Source of the DNA: Octopus sinensis
Lineage: Eukaryota
Assembly (NCBI RefSeq): GCF_006345805.1
Contig: NC_043005.1
Location: 25,234,001 to 25,298,000, forward strand
Direction: 5' to 3'
Length of the DNA stretch: 64,000 nt
Each line of letters starts with the position of its first letter. Within the stretch, counting starts at the first letter, position 1. Positions 37,943-51,191 of this stretch are shown in pieces. A program made the position numbers and the translations under genes. The notes beneath the pieces are model-generated. The model saw only the letters and a list, made by a program, of their open reading frames with translations. It searched no databases and was not told the DNA's origin.

Positions 37943-39089
37943 CGAATCCAAGGGTCTATCGTCGTTCCGGAGTCGACAAAATGAAATGCTAGTCAAGTAC
38001 TTGTGTCACAGGCCCCAACGATTTCCCTCCCACTAAAACCCTTTTCCTTAAACCTAAATTTTAAAACAAAATAACTACCTTTGTCATGAAATTCTTGACG
38101 CTGTCACTTGATCAATATTTGGCTTTTAAATTGACAAATAAAAACGGTGAAAATGTTTACTACTTCTGAAATCCTAATTAAATACAGAAAGCAAATTAAG
38201 GTAGTGACGCAATTATGACTTCGAGATTGATCAATCAACGACTAAATATTGATTTGAGCATCAACAATACATTGATTATCGGTTATATAAGTATAATTTA
38301 TACACTTGATCTAAAGTAATAAATGATAGCTTTTACTTAAGATTCTCAGAGAAGGCTTTATAATTAATTTCCTTGTGGTAAAGATTTCCGGAAAATCGTT
38401 TTAAAGTGATACATAAGAATCAGTTTGTTAAATCATATTTGCGTTGTTGTTATTGTTGTTGTTATTGGATTTGATGCTGTTATTGCTGTTATTATGGCTT
38501 TCCATTTCTCCATTAATGCTGTTGAAACAATAAATAATTAAACGGAATCATTAGTCAGAAATAATACGAGATTGATTTTTATAGCTAAGTTCAATGAACT
38601 TGCAAAGTATGGATTTTTAAAACTACACTTTACGAAGCAGAACAAAGTTTCTGTAATATTTGAGCTTTCTGCATAAATATTACATATTTTTAAAGATGGA
38701 TGCTTTAGATTTTCGTATTCCTTCCGGTTGTTATCACGCAACGCTTACTACATTTAATGATTTCATTTTCATATCCACGGTTATCTAATTTATCAATATA
38801 TATTTGTTTGAGAAATATTTTGCATGAGTACGTGTGACTAAAAGCGTTTGTATATGTGCGCGCTTGTCTGTGTGTATACGCATAAAATATTTATGGTTTC
38901 CAGCTTTTATTTTTCGAATTTCTCACCGGTCTGTCCCTAGCCTAAAAACAAGGCTCCTTTATTGGAATTAAAATTACATCAACTGAATGTATGCATGTGC
39001 GTAGGAACGTATGGATTTTTATATGTATGTGCACGTTTATGCATACTAACTCGCACATAACGATATATACACGTGTATATATACACACA

Positions 39090-39153
<64 letters not shown>

Positions 39154-39171
39154 AACACACATACATGCACA

Positions 39172-39333
39172 TGGCTTCTTTCGGTTTCCGTCTACTTAAT
39201 CCACTCACAAGGCTTTGGTCGACCCGAGACAATAGTAGAAGACAGTCGCTCAAGGTGCCACGAAGAGTGGGACTGAACCCGAAGCCATGAGGCTGGGAAG
39301 CAAGTTTCTTACCACACAGACACGCCTGCGCCT
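39172..39333 (-). mobile_element. SINE family A head
   Basis: Reverse complement of AGGCGCAGG...GGAAAC.GAAAGAAGCC. Confidence 0.85.
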
Positions 39334-39376
39334 ACTAACACAGCCACACGCACACACACACATATGTATGTACATG

Positions 39377-39409
<33 letters not shown>

Positions 39410-39418
39410 TCATAATAC

Positions 39419-39500
<82 letters not shown>

Positions 39501-39551
39501 TATGAACAACATGCGGGTGTATTAGTTTGTCGCTGGGGAAAGTGAGAAAGT

Positions 39552-39587
39552 CTTTTACGTTTCGAGCCTACGCTCTTCAGCAGAAAG
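39552..39587 (-). ncRNA. Minimal type I hammerhead-like motif (Penelope type), one core substitution
   Basis: Minus strand: CUUU-CUG(C)UGA-A-GAGC-GUAG-GCUC-GAAA-CG-UA-AAAG. Helix I CUUU/AAAG, helix II GAGC/GCUC, palindromic ACGU helix III. Confidence 0.65.
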
Positions 39588-41014
39588 GATTAGGAGATAA
39601 TATACAGCGGGAGAATAAAAAAAAAATGTGGATTTAGCGATCAAGCATTTATACGTGCGGGTGTGTGCGTGCGTTCGTGTGTGTGTGTGTGTGCGTTGGA
39701 TTTAGCCACGAAAAGGTGCAGGCAAGGGATCATTGCATATATGAATGTAACTACATGTGAAAAGTCTTACATGTTTTACATATTCTTGGAGAGTAACCAT
39801 TATTGGCTTACAACAGAATTCTTTTGGTCAGATGTGCTACTCCTAGTTTCGTGTAGGACCCTGCTCCTCCAGGCTCGTGCTGATGTAGTCAGTCATATAA
39901 TTAAGTGCTCTAACGTTTAGAGATTAAAATCTAACTCTATTGTTCGGAAGTACTAACCATATAATACTCAACATCTTTGCATTATTTCGATTTCGTTTAG
40001 TCCTACTTTTTAGTATTATATCAAATTATTCTGGACTACCTGTTGTGTTAATCGCTGGAGTAACACCTCTCTGGGATCGATCTCATCGACTTACCGTCTT
40101 CCCTAAAACTGCTGGTCTTGTACCAAAATTTGAAATCACTGGCATAAATTTAAGGCTCTTTGAGTTGGGTGTTCAAATCTCAACTCGTAGACTTTGCCAT
40201 TCCGGCATTAGAATAATATTAAGTTAACCATACATGACCCTGACAAGCGATTATGACTTAGCAGTATGTACCATGTTTATGTTCGTTGATTTGAATGCCT
40301 TTGTTTTCAGCAGTACACACATACACACACTCTCAATCCTCTAACCCTTTCACAGAGGGAAATATGAAAATAAGGCATCCAGAAGGAGGGGTGGTGGCAC
40401 CAATAACAGGCTGTTACTCATTCCGCGTACATTGCCTCACACGAGAGCAAAATAGCCTTTAAGTCTAGGAAACGGACCTATGAGCTTAAGATCGTGATTC
40501 CAGCATCCGAGCCACTGGTAGATTCAATCAACTAAATTCTCTTCCTAAAAGATTGAGGTAATATTAGGTTCTTGTTTGTGTGGCTGTGTTTTAAAAAAAA
40601 TGGGCGTTTATATTCCTTATTAACAAGGGACACTTTTTCTGTCCGGCTATATGTCTGTCTGTCTTACAGTTTGTCAGTCTGTCTGCATCGTCTAAGGGAC
40701 AACAGGAATAGAAGTCCAAGTTAAATAAATACTGAATTGAAATTTTCATTTCTTTGCTTGTTTCATAAATAGTGGTCACTGGTCAGCCTCGGGGAGCAGG
40801 AATAACACTTTCTTTTCTGAATTACCGCACAGAGACATTGAACTCAAAACCACATGGTAGCGAAACGGAGCTATACATGTATGCATATATGCATGTATGC
40901 ATATATATATATATATCTCTCTCTCTATATATATATATAACATGTGACCTCGTGAGCACCGCCAGCAATTTTTTTTCCTCTGTCTTCCCTTCTTGGGATC
41001 TTTCCTTCTCCTTT

Positions 41015-41049
41015 GTTTCCGACGAAGAGCTCCGCTCGAAACTTTAGAC
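41015..41049 (+). ncRNA. Minimal hammerhead-like motif, degenerate, inside a ~210-nt insert in (TA)n
   Basis: GUUU-C(C)GACGA-A-GAGC-UCC-GCUC-GAAA-C(U)UU-AGAC. Confidence 0.55.
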
Positions 41050-41143
41050 CCTCCTTCTTCCCTTCTTTCCTGAGCGTCCAATAATACTTTATTTGTTCCA
41101 CGTCCTCGCGTTGCTGTGTTTTTTTGTGTTTTCTTGTTTGGAT

Positions 41144-41218
<75 letters not shown>

Positions 41219-42544
41219 GTGTATGTATGTATGTATATGTATATGTAAGTTTTAAAAAACACGCTCATATATGATATCATTTAAATGATCCAAAGAGGAT
41301 AATGAACTTATCCTCTATTAAATTGTAAATATGTAATGTGATTGTTGAAGTTTTAAAATTTTCTATTTCTCTTATGGTCGCTATGTGAGAGTGAGCGCAT
41401 GCATAAAAGCGCGCATGCATGTGGGTAGGACTGGCGTTGGTGAATGCATTCCATTGTTAACTTTAATTATTTCTTCTCTTTCTATTTTGTTTTCTGCGAT
41501 ATTCTTTCTGTTATATCAACTTTCTCTGCACGAAGACTACGCAACAGAATAGATCGTGTGACATTTGCTTTAAGCACTTAAACACAATTCAATTAGTATA
41601 ACAGCAGGAGGCAGTGAAATGTAACAAATTACACATCCATTTTCTTCAATAGTTCTTATTCAAAAACAATGAAATCAACTGACTTAACTTCATTCCCATA
41701 GCAAGCGTGTTTACATACGTTTAGAAATGGCGTTCATTTTTGTTGTTTGCCAGTTATGTATTTTCGTTCGTTTTTATATTTTGTTGAATTGCGGATTTGC
41801 ATTTTGATATAATTAATAAATATTATAGTATAATTACCACACACGGCTAACATTGTTAAATTTGTGAAGTCTATTTTTGATACATCCTCTTCGGTTTTAT
41901 ATAATATGATACTGTGTTGTGTCATATTTATAATAAAATAAATATTAGAGCTTATTGCTTGGTTTAACTGACGTCAATGTATGATGCTAATATAACAGTT
42001 GTTGTTGTTCCTGTTTAACCCCAGGCTAAGCCTGGTTTTACAAACCCGTGATCACAGGTATCCCAACCACGATCTTCTAATCCTCTCGTGCGTTAGGTAA
42101 CTAAGGCTTCATTAGTGAATCGACATGGTCAACTGCTGGACATTACTGACTCGAGTCATAGGGAACATAGCACCAGTTGCCCCGTTTTTGTGGGAAAATA
42201 AGCTACCAAGATGGTGACATTTTCCCTTGAACAAGACTTAAGTCCATCGCAAGGTTCGTCATTTGCGGCTCGGCGGACAAAAGCAATTTGAAATGAAGTG
42301 CTTTGCTCAAGAACACAATGCATTTCTCGGTTCAAGAATCGAAATCATGATGATAAGATCGTGAATGCAACTTCGTAACCACTGGTCCACACCCAATAGT
42401 GATGTGCCTTCATTTTCAGTTAGACAAATTTGTAGATTTGGTAACTATTTCTACCATGTTATGCAACCACGCACCCACTCTCACACACACGCGCACACAT
42501 ATGGATTACTGGTCACTCGCTGATAAATTTGCCTCCTGCATATT

Positions 42545-42590
42545 GTTGCTGTTGTTGTTCATGTCGTCGTCACCGTCGTAGTCGTCGTCG

Positions 42591-42622
<32 letters not shown>

Positions 42623-42669
42623 CTTCTTCTTCTTCTTCTTCTTCTTCTTCTTCTTCTTCTTCTTCTTCT
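42545..42669. repeat. (GTT)/(GTC)/(CTT)n compound microsatellite
   Basis: Visible. Confidence 0.95.
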
Positions 42670-43326
42670 ATTTCCGCCGAGGTCGACTTTGCCTTTCATC
42701 TCTTCGGGGTCGATAAAAAATGAAGTACTAGGGAAATGAAGTTCCAGTGAAAGACTGAGGTCCATGTAATCGACCGGTCCCCTCCCCACAAAATTCAGTC
42801 CTTTTGCCTTTAGTAGAAAAGATTAGTAGTAGTAGTAGTAGTAGTAGTATTGAGGTGGCGTGTAGTATTGAGCACGCCGGGCAAAGTGCTTAGCAATATT
42901 TCGTCCGTCTTTACGATCTGAGTTCAAAAATCCGTCTAGGTCGACTTAGCTGTCGTTAAAATAAGTACCATTTGAGCACTGGTGTTAGTGTAATCGACTT
43001 ATACCCTCCTCACAAATTGCTGGCCTTGTGCGAAAATGATTACAGTTGTAGCTTTTATTTCTGCTATTATTTTGAAACTGTTGAAATGTTGAGATATATA
43101 AGCGTTGAGATATACTAGAGATGACAGAATCGTTAGCACGCCGGGCGAAATGCTTAGCGATATTTCGCCCGTCGTTACGTTCAGAGTTCAAATTCCTCCG
43201 CGGTCGACTTTACCTTTCATCCTTTCGGGGTCGATAAATTAAGTAACAGTTAAGCACTTGGATCGATGTAATCGACTAGGCCCCTCTTCATAAAGTTCAG
43301 GCCTTGTGTCTATAATAGAAAGGATA
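42670..43326 (+). mobile_element. Cluster of three SINE family B copies (~42670-42822, ~42853-43040, ~43120-43326)
   Basis: Repeated family B body; the first copy is 5'-truncated and ends in (TAG)n. Confidence 0.85.
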
Positions 43327-43854
43327 ATTTTGAAACTATTGTTGTTGGCGGTACTGTAATTGTTAAGACTGTGTTTACTCTTCTTGTGCTTGATGCTGTT
43401 ACTATTGAATTTGATATTGTTGTTTATTGTAGCAGTTAGTCTTATTATTATAACTATTGTTGGTGTGGCTACTAAAGTTGCAATTCTTGCCTTCGTTACT
43501 CTTCTTACGTCATAAAGAAAACGCTGCAGAACAAAATATACTCTCGTTGCAAAGTAATGTAACGATGCTGTTTTACGCATTACTATATGAAACTCACCGC
43601 ACCATTTGCATATCTTCTGTTCATTAAATAGGCTCACACTTCAAAATATCCTACACCAGCTCCTGTTAACATTAAATATTATTTTTACTAATAATATCAA
43701 TTTTTCAGTACAAATTAATTTTCTTGCGTGATGTGATTTGGTTGTAGGAATGTGAAATTTATGCAAAAGAAAAAATGATGAATTGTATAATGTATGCAAG
43801 ATTTTCTGTTGTTAGATATGGCTCAAAATACGATATTGTTTTATAATTATGATA

Positions 43855-44052
43855 CAAGGCCAGTAATTTCTGAGAATGGAATAAGTCGATTGCATCGATC
43901 CACGGTATTCAGCTGGTACTTATTTTCTCGATCCGAAACTATGGAAGGTAAAGTTGACGGCTGCGGAATTTGGACTTAGAACGTAATGACGGACGAAATG
44001 CCGCTAAGCTTTTTGCCCGGTATGCTAACGATTCTGCTAGTTTGTCTCCTTG
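43855..44052 (-). mobile_element. SINE family B, diverged
   Basis: gacgaaatgccgctaagc...gcccgg..tgctaacgattctgc. Confidence 0.8.
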
Positions 44053-45346
44053 TTAAGAAAATATGATATTAATATTTTATAGAAAACATGATTCTATTGG
44101 CCTTACTGCTGTTCCAGCAAAGGATATAAGACTTTGCAGTGCATCGTGAGTATTGTAAAAAATAATTTGTTCCTGTGTACTGCAGTACCGCTGCAATTAA
44201 TCCCTTTTCGGAACACAAAGACTATAAGTATTGAAAGATACAAAAGTAATTTATTCTCAAACACATGATAATGCTAATAAAATAGCATGAACAGGATAAA
44301 CTGTCTATATATTGCAGGAAAAAAAATCGTTACCGGCTAACTGTGATTACGCGTCAATTGCTTTACCTTTTAGCTAAATTACCCAGTAGCGAATTGTTCT
44401 AAAATTTTAGGATTTATAAATCTAGGTTTATAAGATGCTAATGTTAAATTCAACATACGATGAAAGTAAACAAACTTTGCTTTAGAAGCGTTGAGATGTA
44501 TTGAAAGATACAGAAATAATTTATTCTCATACGCATAATAAACCATCCATATTTTGCAGAAAAAATCGTTACCGGCCAGCAATAAGACCGAACTCACATC
44601 GCTTTGTTTACTTTCAGTGTAAGTTGAATTTAACTGTAAGTATTATTTTATGAGAGATGTGGATGGAAATACATAGTTTGGTGGCTTTGTCCAAATCACC
44701 CTCCATCTCTTGTGGGGTGGCGTATATAGTTTACTTGAAGAAGTCAGCTGAGAATTGCTTGATTTCCCTATAATTAACTGGCTTGAAGTACCAGGATGTT
44801 TGAGGCTTAATGGGCGATGAGAGGAGAAAGTGAATGAACAATTGCAATGTTGCAGAGACAGTGATTCCTTGGTACTTTTTACCTGAATATTCAGGTAAAA
44901 AAATAAAATGCGAGATGAGTTATGAGTTAGAATGTCTATACAGAAGACTTGTGTAGAGCCAACTTGTAGATGTGGACAGTTTCGAAAACCAGACAATAAC
45001 GTCTGAGAGGAACATGATGTTAGGATGCTGATGGATAAGGTGAAAGAGAGGAGATAGATAGATAGAAAGATAGAGAGAGGGAGCAGTGTATAATAGAATA
45101 AAAGTGCAAAGTAAAGGGAGAAAGAGACAACAAATGGAATAGAGACAAAATGCTAATGAGATTGACAGATTTATATATATAGAAAAGTCATATATATATA
45201 TATATATAAAGAGAGAGAGAGAGAGAGAGAGAGAGTGACAGAGAGAAAGAGAAGGAGAAAGAGAGAGAGAAGGAAGTGTATAGGAGATAAGAAGTGCAAA
45301 GTAAAGGGGAGAGACAACAGAGTGAATAAATCTAGACAAAATGTTA

Positions 45347-45382
<36 letters not shown>

Positions 45383-48300
45383 GAGAGAGAGAAAGAGAGA
45401 GGGATAGATATATAGAGAGAGCGACAGAGAGAGAGAGGGAGTTTAGTATGTTTCGAGACATACGATAATAAGTAGTTGATGATTATCAGATTTAAAGTGT
45501 TTACTATTGTGGTGATGTTTCCAATAGTCTTTGAAAGTTTAAAAAGAAATGAATTGAAGAGTAGAAATGAACTCCTGTTGTGTGAATAGCTCTATATTAT
45601 CGCCACTACAAACACTCTGACTTGGCTCGATATAAGAAATCGTTATATCAGCAAGTTTTACAATGGAAGAGAAGAATATAATTTCAAACATCTGCTTAGA
45701 GATACTGTAAATTAGAACGGTTCCATCGATGTCTGCCGATGTGTATTGAAAATTTTTTGTCTGCCAAGTTATATCAGAGGCTAAGTTTAGAAGCGTTTGT
45801 GTATTTTAAATGAATCTAGTATCATCGATTAAAATTGATTAGGAATCTGCAAGTTGCTTCGCTAAAATAATTAAGATTCATTCAAAAGATGGGAATTAAA
45901 CATGAGTTCTTAATTAGAACCAAATCATTTTCCTTTTTTCTTTCTACGCAGCAAATTTTTGACGCCATATAAATTTCACAACGTTAATTCAAAATTGACA
46001 TAATAAAGATCAAAGGATTGAAATATATAAGCTTTCCTTCACAAAAGCAAGTCTATTATTTCAAAATAAATACATCTGAAATTCTTAGATAATTATCTTT
46101 TATACAAAATATTTCATTATTCTTGCAGTATATTAAATCTTTGTATAAGTATATAAGTTCACAATGTATCATAATGTTAATATCTAAAAGCGAATATATG
46201 TATGTTAGAATATGTAGGTTGCTCTCACGTAAATAAAATTTTGTACAGTACACGTCGCCTTTTCCACGACAGGTTTGTATGTCATATGTTGTGTTTTGAA
46301 ATTCGGTTTTTATAGATGCTGATGTAAACTCTCAGAATACTGCATCCCACCAATTAAACTTAAGCTTTGCAACAGATACTTTAAAACGTTTCCTTTTTAG
46401 AAAATCAATACATTTAGAATAATTATGTAAATTTGTATAGTATTTTGAGAATTTTTAGAAAATACAAATAATTGTAAAAGAAATATTCCATTGTAGGCTA
46501 TATATTTTGTTTCCCTCAAGTAGGCCATGATTGAAAGATCAATTATCAAACTATTTGACCATAAAATATTATGTTAAGGAACAATGCATCTCATTACGTA
46601 TATAAAGTATCCTTTAAAAGATGGCATGTGTAGTTTGGAGGATTGGCTTCCTCACAAATTTCTCTAGCCGTGATATATTATTAATTGTAGTGTTACCGAT
46701 GTATTACTGGTATCTATTTATTGCCAGCTAGAAGTAAAATACTACAGCGCAATTCCCGAGAAGAGATTAATTATAGTAATTTAAACTATTGTTCACTTGT
46801 CCCAGTTGTCTAGATGGCGCTCCTTCAGTAATATAGCTACAGTGTGACCAGGCACATCGGTGCTGTGTTTTTTAGCCGATGTTTTGTAAAGGTTATTCCA
46901 AACGTAAATGAAACGACTTTCAGTCAAGTGACAATTGAAACCGTATTGACTGTACAATATCGTAAACTCTGCTAAATGTTTTTCACTGTTATAAATTGAT
47001 TATTAATGACATTCATACAGGAATTACCTGATTATTCCAGTCTACTGCAATCGATTGATATGTCTACAGCATTTCAAGCATTTAATTTCTCGTGACTTCA
47101 AACAACAAGGAAACGTTTAGTAAAATTATTTCTGAGAAAAAACTGTTGGTTTTTGATTCTGGAATGCTTAATATAAAATCAAGTTCCGTACAGTAAAAGA
47201 AACATTTCTACCATCTTCAAAATTCAGCCATTTCTACAAGATTTTTAACAGTTCTTCATTTGTTATTTCTTTTGTTATTGTTGTCGTCGGTGGTGGTGGT
47301 GGTGGTGGTGGTGATGATGGTGTTATCAATCCTTCTCGAGTAGACACAGACCTACGGTCAATGGCAAGGCCATCTCGAACTATTTGACCGGTATCTTCAA
47401 ATTCAAGACATGACTGCAGAGACATTTGGTGCTTATCTTTAGTAAATCGTACGACCGTGTAACGGGTTTGTTTTTGGTTCGTTTTGGTGTCTTTTGTGTG
47501 TATATTTTATATTTTGTAACTCACGTATGTTTGTTAATGATTCTATAATTGAATGGTATGAACATTCCAAACCTCAAGGCTTGGTACTTCTTTTGTTCGC
47601 CTAACTGAAGGCAGTCTCACATGTAATATCTGACTGCTTTGTTTTTATTGATCCGCTCAAGAGCGCACTGGATTTTTACGTGGCTGAATCAGTAACAGCA
47701 CCTTAGAAAATAACTTGGAGCATTTAGTTATGTCCCTTCACTTTCTGAGTTCAAACTCCGCTTTAGTCGTAATTGCATGTTTTATCCTTCCCGAGTCGAA
47801 TGAATATGTACACTCCTGTACTGATAACAGTTGTAATCTGGGATCGATCTTTTCTCATTTATTGAGAATTTTTGTCTAATTGTAAAATCCCTGGTGGGTG
47901 GTGTCATTGATAGCTATTACTTAAACAGTGGGCCCTGTCCCTCTGTATTCATGTAGATTTCGGAATTACCATGCTTATATTCTGATCTGTTATTTGGTTT
48001 CCAGACACCCACAACCGGGGAGAGAAAGTACTTCAGTTTTCGGTTATATTTTCAATGAATATGATCTCATATGTAGTGTGTCTGCATTTGCTGTTGTTTT
48101 ATAGCAAACGGATTCGCTGAATATAACAAAAACATAAAAAGAGGAAACATTCTTTCATGTAAACACATTAAAACAGGTGAAGTGTTTCGCAACAATTCAC
48201 AGCCTTTAAAGGATCCAATATATAATATGGCTGCTTAAGTAAAGTCAGTTGTTGATAATGCAAAATCGCTCCGACACATACATATCAACGTTGTTTCCTT

Positions 48301-48981
48301 TTTCATCACGTTTATGCATATACCTACGCATTCGTAGAAACATATTCACGCCTACAGAAAAGCAAAACTTAGAATAAACATGCTATAAACCAAAATATAT
48401 ACCAGCTGCACAAATATTTAAATATCACGAGAGGTATGCAATGAAGAGAAGAGACAAAGATAGTGAGTGAGAGACAAAGGAGGAAAAAGAGAGGGAATGA
48501 GGGGAGTGTAAACGAAAGAACATAAGGGAATAACGATAAAGAACTGGGGTAGATTCGATTAAGCTAGTATTTTATTGATTAAAGCTGACGACAAATATTT
48601 ATTATTGGATTTTTCATTGCTCTGCAACTTGCAGTGAAATGAAATAGGTGCTGAGAGCTATTGGCCTGCATTATAATAGAATTAACTATTGCTGAAGGGT
48701 AAGCAATATTCTGCAACAAAATTAACGATGAGGAAAGAGCAGTGTAATTGAAACGTATCAGTTTACTATGAAAAATGGCGAGTTACTGTTGTGATTTCAG
48801 CAAGCATGCGCTAAGATACGATTTCAAATCTTTGATATGCAAATTCAAGAATAATTGTTTTATTTGTTAAATAAAGAAACTGTACCATTCTATATTTAAG
48901 AATTGATGAATTATGTACATTATTTAAATTATTTACATTATTTATATTGGACGGATATTTGTCCTCATCTTGTTTGTGGTT

Positions 48982-49027
48982 AACACAACGTTTCGGCTGA
49001 TATACTCTCCAGCCTTCATCGGGTGTC
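48982..49027 (-). ncRNA. Minimal hammerhead motif, left arm
   Basis: GACAC-C(C)GAUGA-A-GGCUG-n10-CAGCC-GAAA-CG-UU-GUGUU. Confidence 0.65.
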
Positions 49028-49075
49028 TTGGGGGAAATTTCGAACCTGGGTTCTCATTCCTAAGGTATTTTTCGA

Positions 49076-49154
<79 letters not shown>

Positions 49155-49203
49155 ACATGGAAAATACCTTAGAAATGAGAACCCACGTTTGAAATTTCCC
49201 CCA

Positions 49204-49249
49204 AACACCCGATGAAGGCGGGAGGGTATATCAGCCGAAACGTTGTGTT
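49204..49249 (+). ncRNA. Minimal hammerhead motif, right arm
   Basis: AACAC-C(C)GAUGA-A-GGCGG-n10-CAGCC-GAAA-CG-UU-GUGUU. Confidence 0.6.
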
Positions 49250-49564
49250 AACAACAAAGAAGATCAGGAGAAATATCCGTCACATGTAAATAATGTAAAG
49301 AAACTGTATATCATATCATTTTATTGTTGTACGTTGAAATCCCGAAGAAATTGACCTTATTTCAAATTTAACAGATATTTTGTGAGAAAAACTCTTAAAA
49401 ACGGCATGACTTTGTAGTTAAGAAGTTCGCTTCGCAATCACATGGTCTCAGGTTCGGCTCTACTGTGCAGCAACTTGGGTAGGTGCCTGCTACTAAAACC
49501 CCAAGCGACCAATGTCTTGTGAATCTGGTTGATGGAGACATGTGTGTGTGGATGCGTATGTATG

Positions 49565-49631
<67 letters not shown>

Positions 49632-49652
49632 GTATATGTATATGTATAATAT

Positions 49653-49813
49653 AAATATAGATTAGTGGTACAAGGCACAAATATGTACTGGAAATAGCAG
49701 TTAATACATTTTTCAGGTTTCTTGCAGTCACACGTCTTTGCCAGTATATACGCAGTGAAGCTTTACTATTTCCAGTAAATATTGGTATCTTGTAGTACCA
49801 CTAATCTATATTT
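49653..49813. mobile_element. Small fold-back element next to (TA)n
   Basis: AAATATAGATTAGTGGTAC...TACTGGAAATAG is mirrored by CTATTTCCAGTA...GTACCACTAATCTATATTT. Confidence 0.75.
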
Positions 49814-49885
49814 ATATTTATATTCATACTTCTACCTTTACGGTGCTATATTTTACTGGAAAGTAATACATTTATATTGCAAATT

Positions 49886-49949
<64 letters not shown>

Positions 49950-50089
49950 GTGTGTATATATATATATATTGGTACTTGCACATGGATAGGTTGCGTTCAA
50001 TGAATAATGAATAATATAATATAATATAAAATTATATAATATGATATATATATATATTATATATATATATGTTATATGTTTTATATATA

Positions 50090-50151
<62 letters not shown>

Positions 50152-50156
50152 CATGC

Positions 50157-50450
50157 ATACATAGGTACAGGACGTCACTAGCAGTACAAATAACAGGAAA
50201 TACGTAAACAGTCGAGGGAAACACGAGTGAAATACGTGAACAAAGAGTAAAAATGGAAAACAGGACTGGTAAACACAGAGAATGCTCGAAACGATAAGTA
50301 GATAAACAGCCGACAACTGATGAAGGGTCTTTTCGCTGCTTTTTACTTGTCCTGTTTTCTATCTTTTCACGTTGTTCACGTATTTCACTCGTTTTTCCCT
50401 CGTTTGCTTACGTATTTCATGTTATTTGCACAGCTGGAAACGTCCTGCAT

Positions 50451-50456
<6 letters not shown>
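50157..50456 (+). mobile_element. Fold-back GGGTACAGGAC family, copy 2
   Basis: Termini GGTACAGGACGT / ACGTCCTGCATCC. Arms include CGAGTGAAATACGTGAACAA / TTGTTCACGTATTTCACTCG. Core CTCGAAACG...GACAACTGATGAAGGGTC. Flanked by (TA)n. Confidence 0.8.
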
Positions 50457-50486
<30 letters not shown>

Positions 50487-51088
50487 ACAATAAGGGCTTA
50501 GCAACAAGTTGCTTGACCACATACCGAACACTTTAGAAATAGCAGCCAAAACACTACTATTTCCTTTTTCTACATAAATATGTCTCCACAGACAACAATA
50601 TTTGTAACTCACACATGGCAAAGAAGAAGAAAAATAATGAAATCAAACAGTCTTCGATTAATTATGGACACATTTCTGGATTATAATCATAAGACTCAGT
50701 TCCTTTGTCAACATAATATTTCGATATTTTTAAATCTGAAAATGCTAGGAGAACTTACCCCTTATATTTTGTGACCAAGCGTCACCGGAACATATAAAAG
50801 CTAGTTAGCATATCCACATTTATATAGACGAGTGAGTTCATATTTCCCTCCAATTTTCTACCATGTGCGTCACATAATAGTACTGCCGCAAAAAGATTCC
50901 TAGTTATGTCGTCGGGGAGTAAAATAATCGTTACAGATATAGGGTGAAAAATTACTAATTTGATAAAATCAACAAATTTCACCTAGTAGTTTTTCTGTAT
51001 GGAAAAGGACCATATTCGGTAAAAACTTATACAAAATGTTTTTTTTATATATAATTATAACAATAAGAGTTTAGCAACAAGTTGTTTA

Positions 51089-51191
<103 letters not shown>

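Larger units (their letters stand above)
48885..49295. mobile_element. Penelope-like inverted terminal-repeat element with two hammerhead motifs, (ATT)n centre and 13-bp TSD
   Basis: Arms ~48930-49078 and ~49153-49296 are reverse complements around (ATT)n. TAAAGAAACTGTA at 48872-48884 and 49296-49308. A hammerhead motif is present in each arm. Confidence 0.85.

Noticed and set aside
44640-45000. CR1/L2 endonuclease-linker remnant on the minus strand
   Set aside because: Only a vague W.F...N..EI resemblance, with no diagnostic motif.
50285-50328. Complete type II hammerhead ribozyme
   Set aside because: GAAA and CUGAUGA are present, but helices I and III could not be paired; reported only as half-motifs.
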